DNA of 64,000 bases from the NCBI GenBank assembly GCA_963726685.1, contig CAVSDG010000008.1, positions 267,073 to 331,072 on the forward strand, written 5' to 3'. Source of the stretch: an uncultured Planctomycetota bacterium (lineage in GTDB: Bacteria > Planctomycetota > Planctomycetia > Isosphaerales > Isosphaeraceae). The notes under the pieces are model-generated. The model was not told the origin of the DNA and made no database searches. It worked only from the letters and a program-made list of their open reading frames with translations. Positions 41,659 through 52,472 of this stretch are shown piece by piece. The translations under genes and the position numbers were made by a program. The stretch's first letter is position 1. Each line of letters starts with the position of its first letter.

Positions 41659-43002
41659 ATGAGCAACGGACACGTCTCGCGCAGGGAGTTCGTCGGAGCC
41701 ACCGCCGGCGCGGCCGCGGTGCTGGCCTCGGGACGCTCGGTGATGGGGGCCAATGACAAGGTCCGTCTCGCCCTCATCGGCGCGGGCAATCGCGGCAACG
41801 ACGTGATGAAGGCCTTCCTCGCGAACAAGGAGGTCGAGTTCGTCGCCGCGGCCGACGTGGACGAACGCCATGCCTCCGAGACCGCCCAGAAGATGAAGGA
41901 GGCCCGGGGCGTCGATGCGAAGGCCGTCAAGGACTATCGCGAGCTGCTCGACGACAAGTCGATCGACGCCGTGGTCATCGCCACGCCCGACCACTGGCAC
42001 GCCCTGCCCGCGATCCACGCGGTGATGGCCGGCAAGGACGTCTACTGCGAGAAGCCGGTCGGTCACAACGTGGCCGAGGGCAAGGCGATGATCGCCGCGG
42101 CGCGGAAGACCAACAAGATCATGGCCATCGGCACGCAGCAGCGGTCGTCCGAGAACTTCCAGAAGGCCGTCGAGGCGGTGAAGTCCGGCAAGATCGGCAA
42201 GGTGTTCTGGATCCAGACCTGGAACTTCGAGAACATCAGCCCGACCGGCATGGGCCGTCCCGCCGACACCGACCCGCCGCCCTACATCGACTACGACCGC
42301 TGGCTCGGCCCCGCGCCCAAGTCGCCCTACAACATCAACCGCTGCCACCTGCTCTTCCGCTGGTTCTTCGACTACGCCGGCGGCATGATGAGCGACTGGG
42401 GCGTCCACCTCAACGACATCGCCCTCTGGGCCCTCGACGCCAAGGGACCGCAGGCCGTCACCTCGACAGGCGGGATCGTCACCACGGACGACAACCGCGA
42501 CACGCCCGATACCTTGCAGGTCGTCTACGACTTCCCCGGCTGCACCCTGACCTACTCGATGCGCAAGGGCAACGGCCTGCCCTTTAACGGCCACGGCTAC
42601 GGCATCCTCTTCTGCGGCACCGACGGCAGCCTCATCCTCGACCGCTCGGGCCACGAGATCATCCCCGACAAGGTGATCCTGCCGTACGGCATCAAGCTCG
42701 TGCAGGGCGACCGCCCGATCCGGAGGATCGGCCTGCAGGGCTCGCGATTCGAGACGAAGGACGACGGCATCGGGGCGCACGTCCGGAACTTCCTCGACTG
42801 CCTCAAATCGCGACAGCGCCCGGTCGCCGACATCGAGATCGCGCACCGCTCGACCAACACGTGCCACCTGGGCAACATCGCCTACAAGGTCGGCCGCAAG
42901 CTGTTCTGGGACAACGAGACCGAGTCGTTCAAGAACGACGCCGAGGCCAATGCCCTGCTGGCGCGCGAGCCGAGGGCGGGGTACGAGTTGCCCAAGGCCT
43001 GA
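41659..43002 (+). CDS. Gfo/Idh/MocA-family oxidoreductase with a twin-arginine signal
   Basis: MSNGHVSRREFVGATAGAAAVLA, followed by a Rossmann motif LALIGAGNRGN and EKPV. Confidence 0.85.
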   Translation: MSNGHVSRREFVGATAGAAAVLASGRSVMGANDKVRLALIGAGNRGNDVMKAFLANKEVEFVAAADVDERHASETAQKMKEARGVDAKAVKDYRELLDDKSIDAVVIATPDHWHALPAIHAVMAGKDVYCEKPVGHNVAEGKAMIAAARKTNKIMAIGTQQRSSENFQKAVEAVKSGKIGKVFWIQTWNFENISPTGMGRPADTDPPPYIDYDRWLGPAPKSPYNINRCHLLFRWFFDYAGGMMSDWGVHLNDIALWALDAKGPQAVTSTGGIVTTDDNRDTPDTLQVVYDFPGCTLTYSMRKGNGLPFNGHGYGILFCGTDGSLILDRSGHEIIPDKVILPYGIKLVQGDRPIRRIGLQGSRFETKDDGIGAHVRNFLDCLKSRQRPVADIEIAHRSTNTCHLGNIAYKVGRKLFWDNETESFKNDAEANALLAREPRAGYELPKA

Positions 43003-43063
43003 TCAGGAAGGACCGGCGCGAACTGGCCGGCGGCGACCGCGGTGGCCGCTTCGGCGCGGTGAA

Positions 43064-43294
43064 CGAATGGCACGTAGATTTCTGCAAACTATTACGTGGA
43101 TTTCGCTTCGGCCGATTCTGAGAGCCGCCAGAAACTCGGTTGCTAAAATGAGCACGCCTCGGTCGTCACGATGCGCCCTTGATTCGCAGCCGAGCGTGGA
43201 CGGGCACACGTTCGGAGGCTCCTCAGGGCGACGGGCTGGCCTCCGCCGCAAACGTTTTGGCTATAGCGGATTGCGCAAATCTAAGTGCCATTCG
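43064..43294. repeat. Inverted repeat pair (18 nt, 17/18 match) bracketing about 195 nt of lower-G+C non-coding DNA
   Basis: CGAATGGCACGTAGATTT at 43064-43081 matches the reverse complement of 43277-43294. The motif GTGAAC(C)GAA recurs at 43059, 43299 and 43436. Confidence 0.7.
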
Positions 43295-43355
43295 CGCGGT
43301 GAACCGAAGCAGGCCGGCCGCGAATCGTTCAAATGGAAACCTTGTAAAGAAACCC

Positions 43356-43383
43356 GGGCGACCGGTTTCAAATCCGGTCGCCC
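43356..43383 (+). other. Perfect 10-bp hairpin with a T-loop-like loop (GGGCGACCGG-TTTCAAAT-CCGGTCGCCC)
   Basis: Read directly. It is followed by the small palindromes CGCAATGTGATTGCG (43399-43413) and ATACTAGTAT (43414-43423). Confidence 0.6.
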
Positions 43384-43580
43384 CGAGGATGACACCGTCG
43401 CAATGTGATTGCGATACTAGTATATTGCCGGTTTAGTGAACCGAATCGGACGCTCTAGCGGCTAAGCTGCTGCGACAACACGAGTCCTTGGCCGCCCGTG
43501 GAACCGGGCGCGGGCCGGCCAGAAACGGCCGGTCGTCCTTCTCGATCCCGTTTCGTCGTCCATCGGTGGGCGCCTGAACG

Positions 43581-44054
43581 ATGACGATAGCCGGCTTTCT
43601 TCTCGCCTTCATCGACTACACGGAGCTGGCGCCGCGCCTGGAGAAGGCGACGGGGTGGCTGTTCGAACGCATCCGCCCTGCTTATGTCTGGATCTTTAAT
43701 TATTTCCGGCAACCGAAAGTCTGGCTAATGGGCATCGTTCCGTGCCTGATGCCGGGGGTACTTTTGGCTGCGCTCGGCGCGTTCGGGGTCATCCAATCCA
43801 AGTACACTAACTACGAGCTGACGTACATGAGCGACGCGAAGTTCTGGACTATGTTTCTGACACTTTACGCGCAGTTCTTCGTCCTGTCCGGTTGCCTGGT
43901 GCTACTGACAGCGGTCTCGCTGGCTGCCGTGCCGGCACTCTTGACATATGGACTTCACCTCGTCTTCCGGTTGCTGAGCTATCCGCGCAAGGGGTTCGTG
44001 GCGACCTGCGGCCTGTTGCTGGCGGCCATCGAAGTTGTTAGAACGTATGTATAG
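43581..44054 (+). CDS. Hypothetical integral membrane protein, lower-G+C gene
   Basis: 157 aa with about four hydrophobic segments and A/T-rich codon usage compared with its neighbours. Confidence 0.55.
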   Translation: MTIAGFLLAFIDYTELAPRLEKATGWLFERIRPAYVWIFNYFRQPKVWLMGIVPCLMPGVLLAALGAFGVIQSKYTNYELTYMSDAKFWTMFLTLYAQFFVLSGCLVLLTAVSLAAVPALLTYGLHLVFRLLSYPRKGFVATCGLLLAAIEVVRTYV

Positions 44055-44166
44055 TTTGCCTTCGGAACCCATTAGCCCCAGCCCACCAACGGCGCTCGTG
44101 ACCATACCCCGACCGCGCCCGAGGTGAAACGGCAAGCCCCGACGACCCTCGGCTCGCGCCGGCCCT

Positions 44167-44415
44167 ATGGGAGATCGCATGGGACCGAGCCCCGGCACGA
44201 TCCTCCGACTCGTCGGCTACCTGATCGAGGCCCCCTGCCTGCTGGGCCTCGTCCAGGTCCGGATGCGTGCCGATCACGCGCCCGGGCCGGTCGTCGAGTC
44301 GCTCCTCTACGTCGGGATCGTGGCCGGAGTCGGGCTGATCATCGCCGGCAACATCGTCAACGCCCGAGCCCGGCGGCCGAAGGACCGGTGGGACCTCCCG
44401 CGCGACTCGCCTTGA
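44167..44415 (+). CDS. Small hypothetical membrane protein
   Basis: 82 aa with two hydrophobic segments and acceptable GC3. Confidence 0.4.
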   Translation: MGDRMGPSPGTILRLVGYLIEAPCLLGLVQVRMRADHAPGPVVESLLYVGIVAGVGLIIAGNIVNARARRPKDRWDLPRDSP

Positions 44416-44514
44416 GGATTCGGCCCGCCGCGGGGACAATGCGCCCTCCTCTCTCGAACGACGTCGGACCCTGCGGCCCGGCGCCATCCCCGCGTCCCCG
44501 CGCGACGTCGCCCG

Positions 44515-45237
44515 ATGACCATCGCCACCGAGCCCGCCCCGCCGCAAGCCCGGCAGAAACGCTCGTACAAGTATTACGACCTCATCATGGCGGCGTTCGT
44601 CACGGTGATCCTCTGCACGAACCTGGTCTCGGCGTCGAAGCAGGTCGGCATCGGCGGCTTCGTGTTCGGTGCGGGCGTGCTGTTCTTCCCGATCAGCTAC
44701 CTCTTCGGCGACATCCTCACGGAGGTCTACGGCTACGCCCGCTCGCGCAAGGTCGTCTGGGCAGGGTTCGCGGCCCTGGCGTTCACGGCGATTGTCACCC
44801 AGGTCGTGCTGGCGCTCCCGCCGGCCCCTGGCTGGCCGAACCAGGGGGCCTATCAGGCCGTCTTCGGTGGCTTCGGGCGGATCGCGATCGCCTCGTTTCT
44901 CGGCTTCCTCTGCGGCGAGTTCGCCAACTCGTTCACCCTCGCGAAGATGAAGGTCTTGACCGAAGGCCGCTGGCTCTGGACCCGGACGATCGGCTCGACG
45001 GTCGTCGGTGAGCTGGTCGACTCGCTCGTCTTCTATCCGCTGGCGTTTCTGGGTGCTCCCGGCTGGACGCTGGAGCGGGTCGTTCGCATCCTGTTCACGA
45101 ATTATGCCTTGAAGGTCCTCTGGGAAGTCGTCGCCACGCCGTTGACCTACCGCGTCGTCGGCTTCCTCAAGCGAGCCGAGCACGAGGACTACTTCGACTA
45201 CGACACGGATTTCACGCCGTTCTCGCTGGAGACGTAA
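44515..45237 (+). CDS. yhhQ: Queuosine precursor transporter (YhhQ/VUT family)
   Basis: FFPISYLFGDILTEVYGY, GEFANSFTLAKMK and WTRTIGSTVVGELVDSLVFYPLAF are typical YhhQ motifs. Confidence 0.85.
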   Translation: MTIATEPAPPQARQKRSYKYYDLIMAAFVTVILCTNLVSASKQVGIGGFVFGAGVLFFPISYLFGDILTEVYGYARSRKVVWAGFAALAFTAIVTQVVLALPPAPGWPNQGAYQAVFGGFGRIAIASFLGFLCGEFANSFTLAKMKVLTEGRWLWTRTIGSTVVGELVDSLVFYPLAFLGAPGWTLERVVRILFTNYALKVLWEVVATPLTYRVVGFLKRAEHEDYFDYDTDFTPFSLET

Positions 45238-45255
45238 CGGACGGAGGGACCCATC

Positions 45256-47095
45256 ATGTGCGGCATCGTCGGATACACCGGCAGTCACGACGCGAGCCCG
45301 ATCCTGCTCGCCGGGCTCCGCCGTCTCGAATATCGCGGATACGACAGCGCGGGCCTGGCCACGATCGACGGCGCGAAGATGGCCCTCCGCAAGCGCGCCG
45401 GCCGCGTCGCCGCGCTCGAGGAGGCCGTCGGGACCGATCCCGCGCGCGGGACGTGCGGCATCAGCCACACGCGCTGGGCGACGCACGGTCCCGCCACGGA
45501 CTCGAACGCCCATCCCCACGTCGGCGGCGAGGGCGCGTCGGCCGTCGCGGTCGTCCACAACGGCGTCATCGAGAACCACGCCGCGCTCCGGCGCTCGCTC
45601 GAGGCCGGGGGCGTCGCCTTCCGCAGTCAGACGGATACCGAAGTGGTCGCGCATCTGATCGCCCGGGAACTGGCCGGCGGGGGCGATCTGTTCGCGGCCG
45701 TCCAGCGTACGCTGCCGATGCTCGAAGGGACGTACGGCCTCGCCGTCGTGAGCCCGAGCCGCCCCGGCGAGGTCGTCGGTGCAAGGCTCGGCAGCCCGCT
45801 CGTGGTCGGGCTCGGCGACGGCGAGCACCTGCTGGCGAGCGACCCGTCGGCCATCGCGCCGCACACGGCTCGCGTCGCCTTCTTGCAAGACGGCGAGGTC
45901 GTCCGCCTGACGCCCGACGACTTCGAGATCGTCCACCGCGAGCGCGGGTCGATCACACCGAGGATCGACCGGATCGACTGGCGGCCGGACCGCGACGAAC
46001 TGGGCGAGCATGCCCACTACATGCTCAAGGAGATCCGCGAGCAGCCGAACACCGTCCGCGACACCTGCCGCGGCCGGCTCCGCCGCAACGAGGGAACGGC
46101 CCAGTTCGGCGGGCTCAATATGTCAGCTCGCCGCTCTTCGCCGTGTGCGACGCGTTGTCCTCGCCGCCTGCGGCACGAGCTGGCATGCTGCGCTGGTCGG
46201 CGAGTACCTGATCGAGCGGCTGGCGAACCTGCCGGTCGAGGTCGAGTACGCGGGGGAGTTCCGCTACCGGAACGCGCCGCTCGACGACCGGACGCTCGTG
46301 TTCGTCCTGAGCCAGTCGGGCGAGACGGCCGACACGCTCGGGGCCCTCCGCGAGGCGAAGCGGCGGGGGCATCCCACGCTGGCCATCTGCAACGTCGTGG
46401 GCTCGACGATCGCCCGCGAGGCCGACGGCGGCATCTACCTCCACGCCGGGCCCGAGATCGGCGTCGCCAGCACGAAGGCCTTCTCGGCGCAGGTGGCCGT
46501 GCTGACGATGCTGGCCCTCCAGCTTGGCCGCCTGCGGTTCCTCTCCTTTTCCGACGGCCTGGCCGTCGTCGAGGCGATGGAGTCGGCCCCCGACGCGATC
46601 AGCCGCGTGCTCGAGACCGAGCCACAGATCATCGCCGCGGCCGAGCGGCTCGCAAAGGCGCGGAGCGTGATGTACCTCGGCCGCGACCTGCACTTCCCCG
46701 TCGCGCTCGAAGGGGCGCTGAAGCTCAAGGAGATCACGTACATCCACGCTGAGGGCTACCCGACGGCCGAGATGAAGCACGGCCCGCTCGCCCTGGTCGA
46801 CCCCGACACGCCCAGCGTGTTCGTGGCCCCGAAGGGCTCGCTGCACGCCAAGACGCTCGGGAATATCGAGGAAGTGCGGGCGCGGCGGGGTCCGGTGATC
46901 GCCGTCGGCACCGAGGGGGACGACGAGTTGCAGGGCCTGGCCGACGTCTTCCTGCCGATCCCCGACGTGCCCGAGGTGGTCCAGCCCCTGGTGGCGGCCG
47001 TGCCTCTCCAGCTCCTGTCGTACCACGTCGCCCGGCTGCTCGGGCGGGACATCGACAAGCCGAGGAATCTGGCGAAGAGCGTGACGGTGGAGTGA
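45256..47095 (+). CDS. glmS: Glutamine--fructose-6-phosphate aminotransferase, frame broken near 46120
   Basis: MCGIVGYTG...ISHTRWATHG forms the N-terminus. The two SIS domains continue in ORF 46010..47095 and end in the canonical KPRNLAKSVTVE. Confidence 0.95.
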
Positions 47096-47184
47096 CGGGT
47101 TTTTCTGGCGCACCGGGTTCGCTCTCGGCTGTGATAGGCTACGGTCGTCTTCCCAGGCGTTCAAGCGCTGACTGCGAGTCGACA

Positions 47185-47655
47185 ATGCGCCGGTCTCTCA
47201 TCTTCCCGGCCTCCGTCCTGCTCGCGACGACCGCGCTCCTGGCGGACGACGAGGACGCGAAGCGCAAGGAGTTTCGGGCCCTGGCCGGTCGATGGGAGAT
47301 GTTCCGCTTCCAGAGCCGCGGAGCCGGGTTCGCGGTGGGCTTTCCACCGCCGGTCCTGGAACTCGGCACCGATGGGAAGGGCACCCTGTTCTTCCCCCGG
47401 CAGGGTGAGAGGCAGGATTTCGTTTACACCGTCGATCCGTCGAGCACGCCGAAGCAGATCACGATGATGCATGCCAACGAGGCCAGGAAGGGCGAACAGG
47501 TCTTCGGAATCTACAAGATTGAAGGCAATAGGCTGTACCACTGCTACCCACCGCCAGAAGCTCCGGAGGAGCAACGGCCCCGCGGGTTCGAGACGAGCGG
47601 GACCAACGCCACGCTCTCGACCTACGAGAAGGTCGAAGCGAAGAAGTCGCCATAA
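47185..47655 (+). CDS. TIGR03067-family Planctomycete protein (secreted)
   Basis: Signal peptide MRRSLIFPASVLLATTALLA, followed by LAGRWEMF...YTVDPSSTPKQITMM...GIYKIEGNRLYHCY. Confidence 0.75.
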   Translation: MRRSLIFPASVLLATTALLADDEDAKRKEFRALAGRWEMFRFQSRGAGFAVGFPPPVLELGTDGKGTLFFPRQGERQDFVYTVDPSSTPKQITMMHANEARKGEQVFGIYKIEGNRLYHCYPPPEAPEEQRPRGFETSGTNATLSTYEKVEAKKSP

Positions 47656-47682
47656 GGGTGCGTGACGTCCGCTCGGCGGACC

Positions 47683-48324
47683 TTACGAACATCCTCGGAT
47701 GGCTGCGACGAACGCGCCGATGCGCTCCGGACACTTCCGCCCCGGTTCCGACTCGACCCCGCTCGCCACGTCCACCATCCACGGCCCGACCCGACCAGCC
47801 CGGTCGGCGACGTTCTCGGGTGTCAAGCCGCCCGCGAGGATCAGCCGGGGATGTGCCGGGATCAGGCCCAGCAACTCATCGGCGATGGCAATCCCGGTCC
47901 CTCCCGCCAGTCCGGGCACGAAGGCATCGACCAGGATCGCATGCGGCGGTTGGCCAAGAACTTCGGCCCGGTCAAGATAGAGACGGATCGCCGAGGCCGA
48001 CTCCACATCCTTCAGGCGAAACGCCTTGACGACCCGCACGCCCGCCAATTCCGCCAGATATTCCGGCGGCTCGTCCCCATGTAGCTGAACGACATCGAGC
48101 CCCACGGCGCACACCGTCGCCATGACCTCCTCGGCGGGCCGGTCCACGAAGAGCCCGACGGCCTCGGCTCGCCCACCGAGCGCAGAGCGAATCACGACGG
48201 CTCGTTCCACTTCGACGAACCGCGGCGAGCCGGGATGGAAGTTGAGGCCGATCCAGTCGACTCCGGCGTCGACGCACGCGACGGCGTCGGCCGGGGTCGT
48301 CAGCCCGCAGACCTTGATCTTCAC
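47683..48324 (-). CDS. trpF: Phosphoribosylanthranilate isomerase
   Basis: MKIKVCGLTTPADAVACVDAGVDWIGLNFHPGSPRFV...VQLHGDE...LAGGL. Confidence 0.9.
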   Translation of the reverse strand: MKIKVCGLTTPADAVACVDAGVDWIGLNFHPGSPRFVEVERAVVIRSALGGRAEAVGLFVDRPAEEVMATVCAVGLDVVQLHGDEPPEYLAELAGVRVVKAFRLKDVESASAIRLYLDRAEVLGQPPHAILVDAFVPGLAGGTGIAIADELLGLIPAHPRLILAGGLTPENVADRAGRVGPWMVDVASGVESEPGRKCPERIGAFVAAIRGCS

Positions 48325-48358
48325 GGGATCGGGCCTCGGGCACGAGGCGCGCTACGGG

Positions 48359-48691
48359 TCAGGCCACGCCCAGCTTGGCCAGGGCGGCCTTGAACTTGGC
48401 CTCGGTGTTCACGCCGACGAGCCGCTCGACTTCCTTGCCGCCCTGGAAGACCAGGACCGTCGGGATCGCCGAGATCCGCAGGCCGCCGGGGGTCTCCTGG
48501 TTCTCGTCGGTATTCATTTTGCCGACCTTCACCTTGCCATTGAGCTCGCCGGCAAGCTTCTCGATCGTCGGGGCCAGCATGCGGCACGGCCCGCACCAGG
48601 GGGCCCAGAAGTCGACCATGACGGGGACCTGGGAGCCCAGGACTTCCGAGCTCCAGTTCGCGTCGGTAAACTCCACCACGTTCCCGGCCAT
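48359..48691 (-). CDS. trxA: Thioredoxin
   Basis: VDFWAPWCGPCRMLAP active site. 110 aa. Confidence 0.95.
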   Translation of the reverse strand: MAGNVVEFTDANWSSEVLGSQVPVMVDFWAPWCGPCRMLAPTIEKLAGELNGKVKVGKMNTDENQETPGGLRISAIPTVLVFQGGKEVERLVGVNTEAKFKAALAKLGVA

Positions 48692-48799
48692 GAGAGGTGC
48701 CTCGCAGATCGGTCAGAAACCCGGGTCCGTCACGCCGTCCCTCACGCACGCGAGCCCGGCAAGCCGGGGGGGCGTCGGCACCCACGGAGATATTATCTC

Positions 48800-49936
48800 T
48801 TGGCGCGAAACGGAGTCAACCGACCCCCCCGCGCGCTGATCGACCCGCGAGGGTGGGGCTGGGAGGCCTGGTTCCTCGCCGCCGTCCCCCTCGCGATCGT
48901 CGCCGCGGGCCTGGATCTGGCCCCCGTCGTCTGCTTCCTCGCCGCCGCGGTCGCCATCGTGCCGCTCGCCGGGCTGATGGGCCGTTCGACGGAGTCGATT
49001 GCCCACCGCCTCGGGCCCGGAATCGGCGGCCTGCTCAACGCGACCTTCGGCAACGCCGCCGAGCTGATCCTCGCCCTGCTCGCGCTCCGCCAGGGGCTCG
49101 ACGGTGTGGTCAAGGCGTCGCTCGTCGGGAGCATCGTGGGCAACCTCCTGCTCGTCCTCGGCGCGAGCATCCTGGCCGGCGGTATCAGGTATCCGGTCCA
49201 GAAGTTCAACCGAACCGTCGCGAGCAACGGGTCGACCTTGATGGTCCTGGCCGCAGTCGGCCTGCTCGTGCCGGCGATCTTTCACGGCATGGTCGGGGCG
49301 GGCGAGGCAAGGCTCGAGCACAGGCTCAGTCTCGGCGTCTCCGTCCTCCTGATGTTCACGTACGGGCTGAGCCTGCTCTTCAGCCTCGTCACGCACAGGG
49401 ACCTGTTCGGCCACAAGGGGACCCGGTCGCCCCTCGACGACGAGCCGGGCCCGTGGGGGGTGAGGCGGTCGGCGATCATCCTCATCACCGCGACGGGCTT
49501 CGTTGCCTGGATGAGCGAGATCCTCGTCGAGGCCGTCGTGCCCGCGGGTGAGGCCCTGGGAATGAACGAGGTCTTCATGGGCGTGATCGTCGTCGCCATC
49601 ATCGGCAACGCGGCCGAGCACTCGACGGCCATTCTGGTCGCGATGAAGGACCAGATGGACCTGGCCGTGGGCATCGCCCTGGGCTCGGCGATCCAGGTGG
49701 CGCTGTTCGTCGCGCCGGTGCTGGTCTTCGCGAGCTACCTGAGGCCCCGGCACGGGCCGATGGACCTGCTCTTCTCGACGTTCGAGGTCGTCGCGGTCAT
49801 CCTCGCCGCGATCGTCGCGCGGATGGCCGCCGAGGACGGCGAGTCGAACTGGCTCGAGGGGGCGATGCTGCTGATGCTCTACGTCATCCTCGGATTCGCC
49901 TTCTACCTGCTGCCGATGGCGGGGCATCTCCGGTGA
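48800..49936 (+). CDS. Ca2+/H+ antiporter (CaCA/ChaA-type)
   Basis: Two alpha-repeats, [10 protein letters not shown] and [10 protein letters not shown]. The TTG at 48800 is proposed as the start. The upstream part of track ORF 48122..49936 is antisense to trpF/trxA. Confidence 0.8.
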   Translation: MARNGVNRPPRALIDPRGWGWEAWFLAAVPLAIVAAGLDLAPVVCFLAAAVAIVPLAGLMGRSTESIAHRLGPGIGGLLNATFGNAAELILALLALRQGLDGVVKASLVGSIVGNLLLVLGASILAGGIRYPVQKFNRTVASNGSTLMVLAAVGLLVPAIFHGMVGAGEARLEHRLSLGVSVLLMFTYGLSLLFSLVTHRDLFGHKGTRSPLDDEPGPWGVRRSAIILITATGFVAWMSEILVEAVVPAGEALGMNEVFMGVIVVAIIGNAAEHSTAILVAMKDQMDLAVGIALGSAIQVALFVAPVLVFASYLRPRHGPMDLLFSTFEVVAVILAAIVARMAAEDGESNWLEGAMLLMLYVILGFAFYLLPMAGHLR

Positions 49937-49949
49937 TGCCCCGTCGCCG

Positions 49950-50693
49950 TCATCGCGCGGTGCGGCGGGTGTTGGGCATGTCCTCCTCGGCCAGGTAGAG
50001 GATGCAGCCGCAGGTCATGCAGAAGGTCATGCCGTTCTTGTTGATCAGCTCGTTCATGACCTGGGGCGTGACCTCGACGTAGCAGTGCGAGCACGCGCCC
50101 GACTCGATCTGGGCCAGGGCGTCGGCGCCTTTCTGCTTGACGGTCCGCTTGTAGCGCTCGCGGTCGTCCTCGGGGATGACGGCCTCGGCCTCGACGATCG
50201 CGGCCTCGAGCGCGGCGAGCTGCGACTTCTGCTCGCCGGCCTGGGACTCGATCTGGGCCTGGATCGAGACGACCTCGGCGGCGAACGCCTTGGTCTCTCC
50301 CTCGAGCTTGGCGACGTCGGCCGCCTGGGTCTCGACCTGGCCCATGGAGTCGAGGATCTCGTCCTCGATCTTCGTGATTGCGGCCTTGTCGTGGGCGATC
50401 TGGTTCTGGAGGGCCTTGTACTCGTCGTTCTTCTTGACGGCGTTGAGCTTGACCTTCAGGTCGTCGATCTTCGTGTTGAGCCCCTGGACCTGGACCTCGC
50501 GGTTCTTGATCTTCGCGCGGGCGTCCTGGAGGGCCTTCTTGGCGGCCTCGAGCGCGGTCTGCTTGGCGGCCAGGGCGGCCTGGCGCGCGGCGAGGGTCTT
50601 GGGGGCGGAGAGGAGGCGGTCGCGGAGGGCCTTGGCGCGCTGATGAAGCTGGTGCAGTTCGTGCAGGGTCGAGGCGGTCGCGGCCATGGGCAT
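49950..50693 (-). CDS. Coiled-coil zinc-ribbon protein (DUF164/COG1579 family)
   Basis: Long coiled coil followed by CSHCYVEV...CMTCGCILY. Confidence 0.8.
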   Translation of the reverse strand: MPMAATASTLHELHQLHQRAKALRDRLLSAPKTLAARQAALAAKQTALEAAKKALQDARAKIKNREVQVQGLNTKIDDLKVKLNAVKKNDEYKALQNQIAHDKAAITKIEDEILDSMGQVETQAADVAKLEGETKAFAAEVVSIQAQIESQAGEQKSQLAALEAAIVEAEAVIPEDDRERYKRTVKQKGADALAQIESGACSHCYVEVTPQVMNELINKNGMTFCMTCGCILYLAEEDMPNTRRTAR

Positions 50694-50775
50694 TATCGCT
50701 CCCTCGGTGTTAGGTCCTTCGCCAACAAAAAACCGCCGGTCGCCCCTCGGGGCGGCCGGCGGTCTGGGTCACCGG

Positions 50776-52463
50776 TCAGCCGGTACTTTCGAGGAAGCCC
50801 TCGAGTTGCCGGCTTCGCACGGGGTGTTGCAACTTGCGGACGGCCTTGGCCTCGATCTGCCGGACACGCTCGCGGGTCACCTTGAAGATCCGGCCCACCT
50901 CCTCAAGGGTGTAGGTGTAGCCGTCGCCCAGACCGTAGCGGAGCTTGATGATCTCGCGCTCGCGATACGTCAGCGTCTTCAAGACGCTGTCGATCTTCTC
51001 CTTGAGCATCTCCTGCGTCGCGGCGTTGATCGGGCTCTCGGCGGCCTCGTCCTCGATGAAGTCGCCGAAGTAGCTGTCCTCGCTCTCGCCCACCGGGCGG
51101 TCGAGCGAGATCGGGTGCCGGCTGATCTTCATCACCCGGCGCGTCTCCTCGATGGAGATGTTCGCCGCCTTGGCCGTCTCCTCGATCGTCGGCTCGCGGC
51201 CCTTCTCCTGGAGCAGTTTCTTCGAGACGTTCCGCAGCTTCGACATCGTCTCGATCATGTGGACCGGGATGCGGATCGTCCGCGCCTGGTCGGCGATCGC
51301 GCGGGTGATCGCCTGGCGGATCCACCACGTCGCGTAGGTCGAGAACTTGTAGCCGCGGCGGTACTCGTACTTGTCGACGGCCCGCATCAGGCCCGTGTTC
51401 CCTTCCTGGATCAGGTCGAGGAACGAGAGGCCGCGGTTGCGGTACTTCTTGGCGATCGAGACGACCAGCCGCAGGTTGCCGCCGGAGAGCTCGCGCTTGG
51501 CCTGTTCGTACTCCTTGAACCGCGAGTTCATGGCCTCGACCCGGCGCCGGAGCGACTCGGGGGTCTCGAGGGTCATGAGCATCAGGTCCTTGAGCTCCTT
51601 CTCCAGGTTGCCGCGCTCCTCCTTGATGCCGAGACCCGCGCGGTCGTCCTCGAGCTGCGAGAGGAGCTCGAGCATCCGGGCCGAAACCTGCTCGAGCCGC
51701 TTCATCAGCGGCTGAACCTTCTGGGTCCGGATCGACAGCTCCTCGACGAGCGTCACCGCCTTGTGGCGGCGGGCCTTGAGGCTCCGGCGGAGGACGCGGC
51801 GGGTCGCCTTGTCGCGCTTGGCGCGGACGAAGGTGCGGAAGTCCTGGATGTTCAGCGCCATCAGGTGGTCGAGCGTCGCCAGGTTCAGCGGCATCCGGCC
51901 GAGGATCTGGTCCTTCTCGAGGTTCTCGGTGACCGAGACCTTGACCGTGCGGTCGAACGGCAGCTCGCCATCATTGACCTTGCGCAGGACGTCGACCACG
52001 AGCTTCAGCGCGAAGTCGCACTCGAGGACCTTGCGGCGGAACCGCTTGCGGGTGATCTCGATCTTCTTGGCCAGCCCGATCTCCTGGTCCCGCGTCAGGA
52101 GCGGGATCTCGCCCATCTGCGTGAGGTACATCCGGACCGGGTCGTCGATCCGCCGGGAGATCTCGTCGAGGTCCTCGGGGGTCAGCTCCGAGTCGTCCTC
52201 CTCCGCCGGCTCGTCGGCGAGGTCCTCGGGCTCGTCGTCGACGTCGCCGGAGGCGACGAGCCGGGCCTCGGCCTCGTCCTCGTTGATGAGCTCGATGCCG
52301 AGCTCATCCAGCGACTCGAGGAGGCCGTGGATCTTCTCCGGGCTGCTCGCCTCGTCGGGGAGATAGTCGTTGACCTGGTCGAAGGTCAAAAAACCCCGCG
52401 CTTGCCCAGATCGAGGAGCGTCTTGAGGCCCTCGTCCAACTTTTCCATCCAGATATCTCCCAT
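50776..52463 (-). CDS. rpoD: RNA polymerase primary sigma factor, frame broken near 52393
   Basis: Regions 2-4 are canonical ([58 protein letters not shown]). The true N-terminus [35 protein letters not shown] is recovered by adding one base in the G4T6 run. The start lies 10 nt after the dnaG stop. Confidence 0.95.
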
Positions 52464-52472
52464 CGGCGCGGG

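Noticed and set aside
45238-45255. glmS ribozyme upstream of glmS, or a preQ1 riboswitch upstream of yhhQ (44416..44514)
   Set aside because: glmS starts 18 nt after the yhhQ stop, which leaves no room for a ribozyme. The 100 nt before yhhQ lack the preQ1 consensus (no conserved ACCCTC...AAAAAACTA-type elements).
44038-46017. 659-aa minus-strand ORF
   Set aside because: It is antisense to yhhQ and glmS, which have unmistakable conserved motifs. Its composition is Arg/Asp/Gly-rich with no recognisable domain, the typical shadow ORF of high-G+C DNA. The same reasoning applies to 39761..41656(-), 25494..26843(+), 56467..57816(-), 13289..14341(+), 50686..52485(+), 52968..54416(+) and 356..1336(+).
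48122-48799. N-terminal 226 codons of the 604-aa ORF 48122..49936
   Set aside because: This part is antisense to trpF and trxA. Only the region from about 48800 onward matches Ca2+/H+ antiporters.
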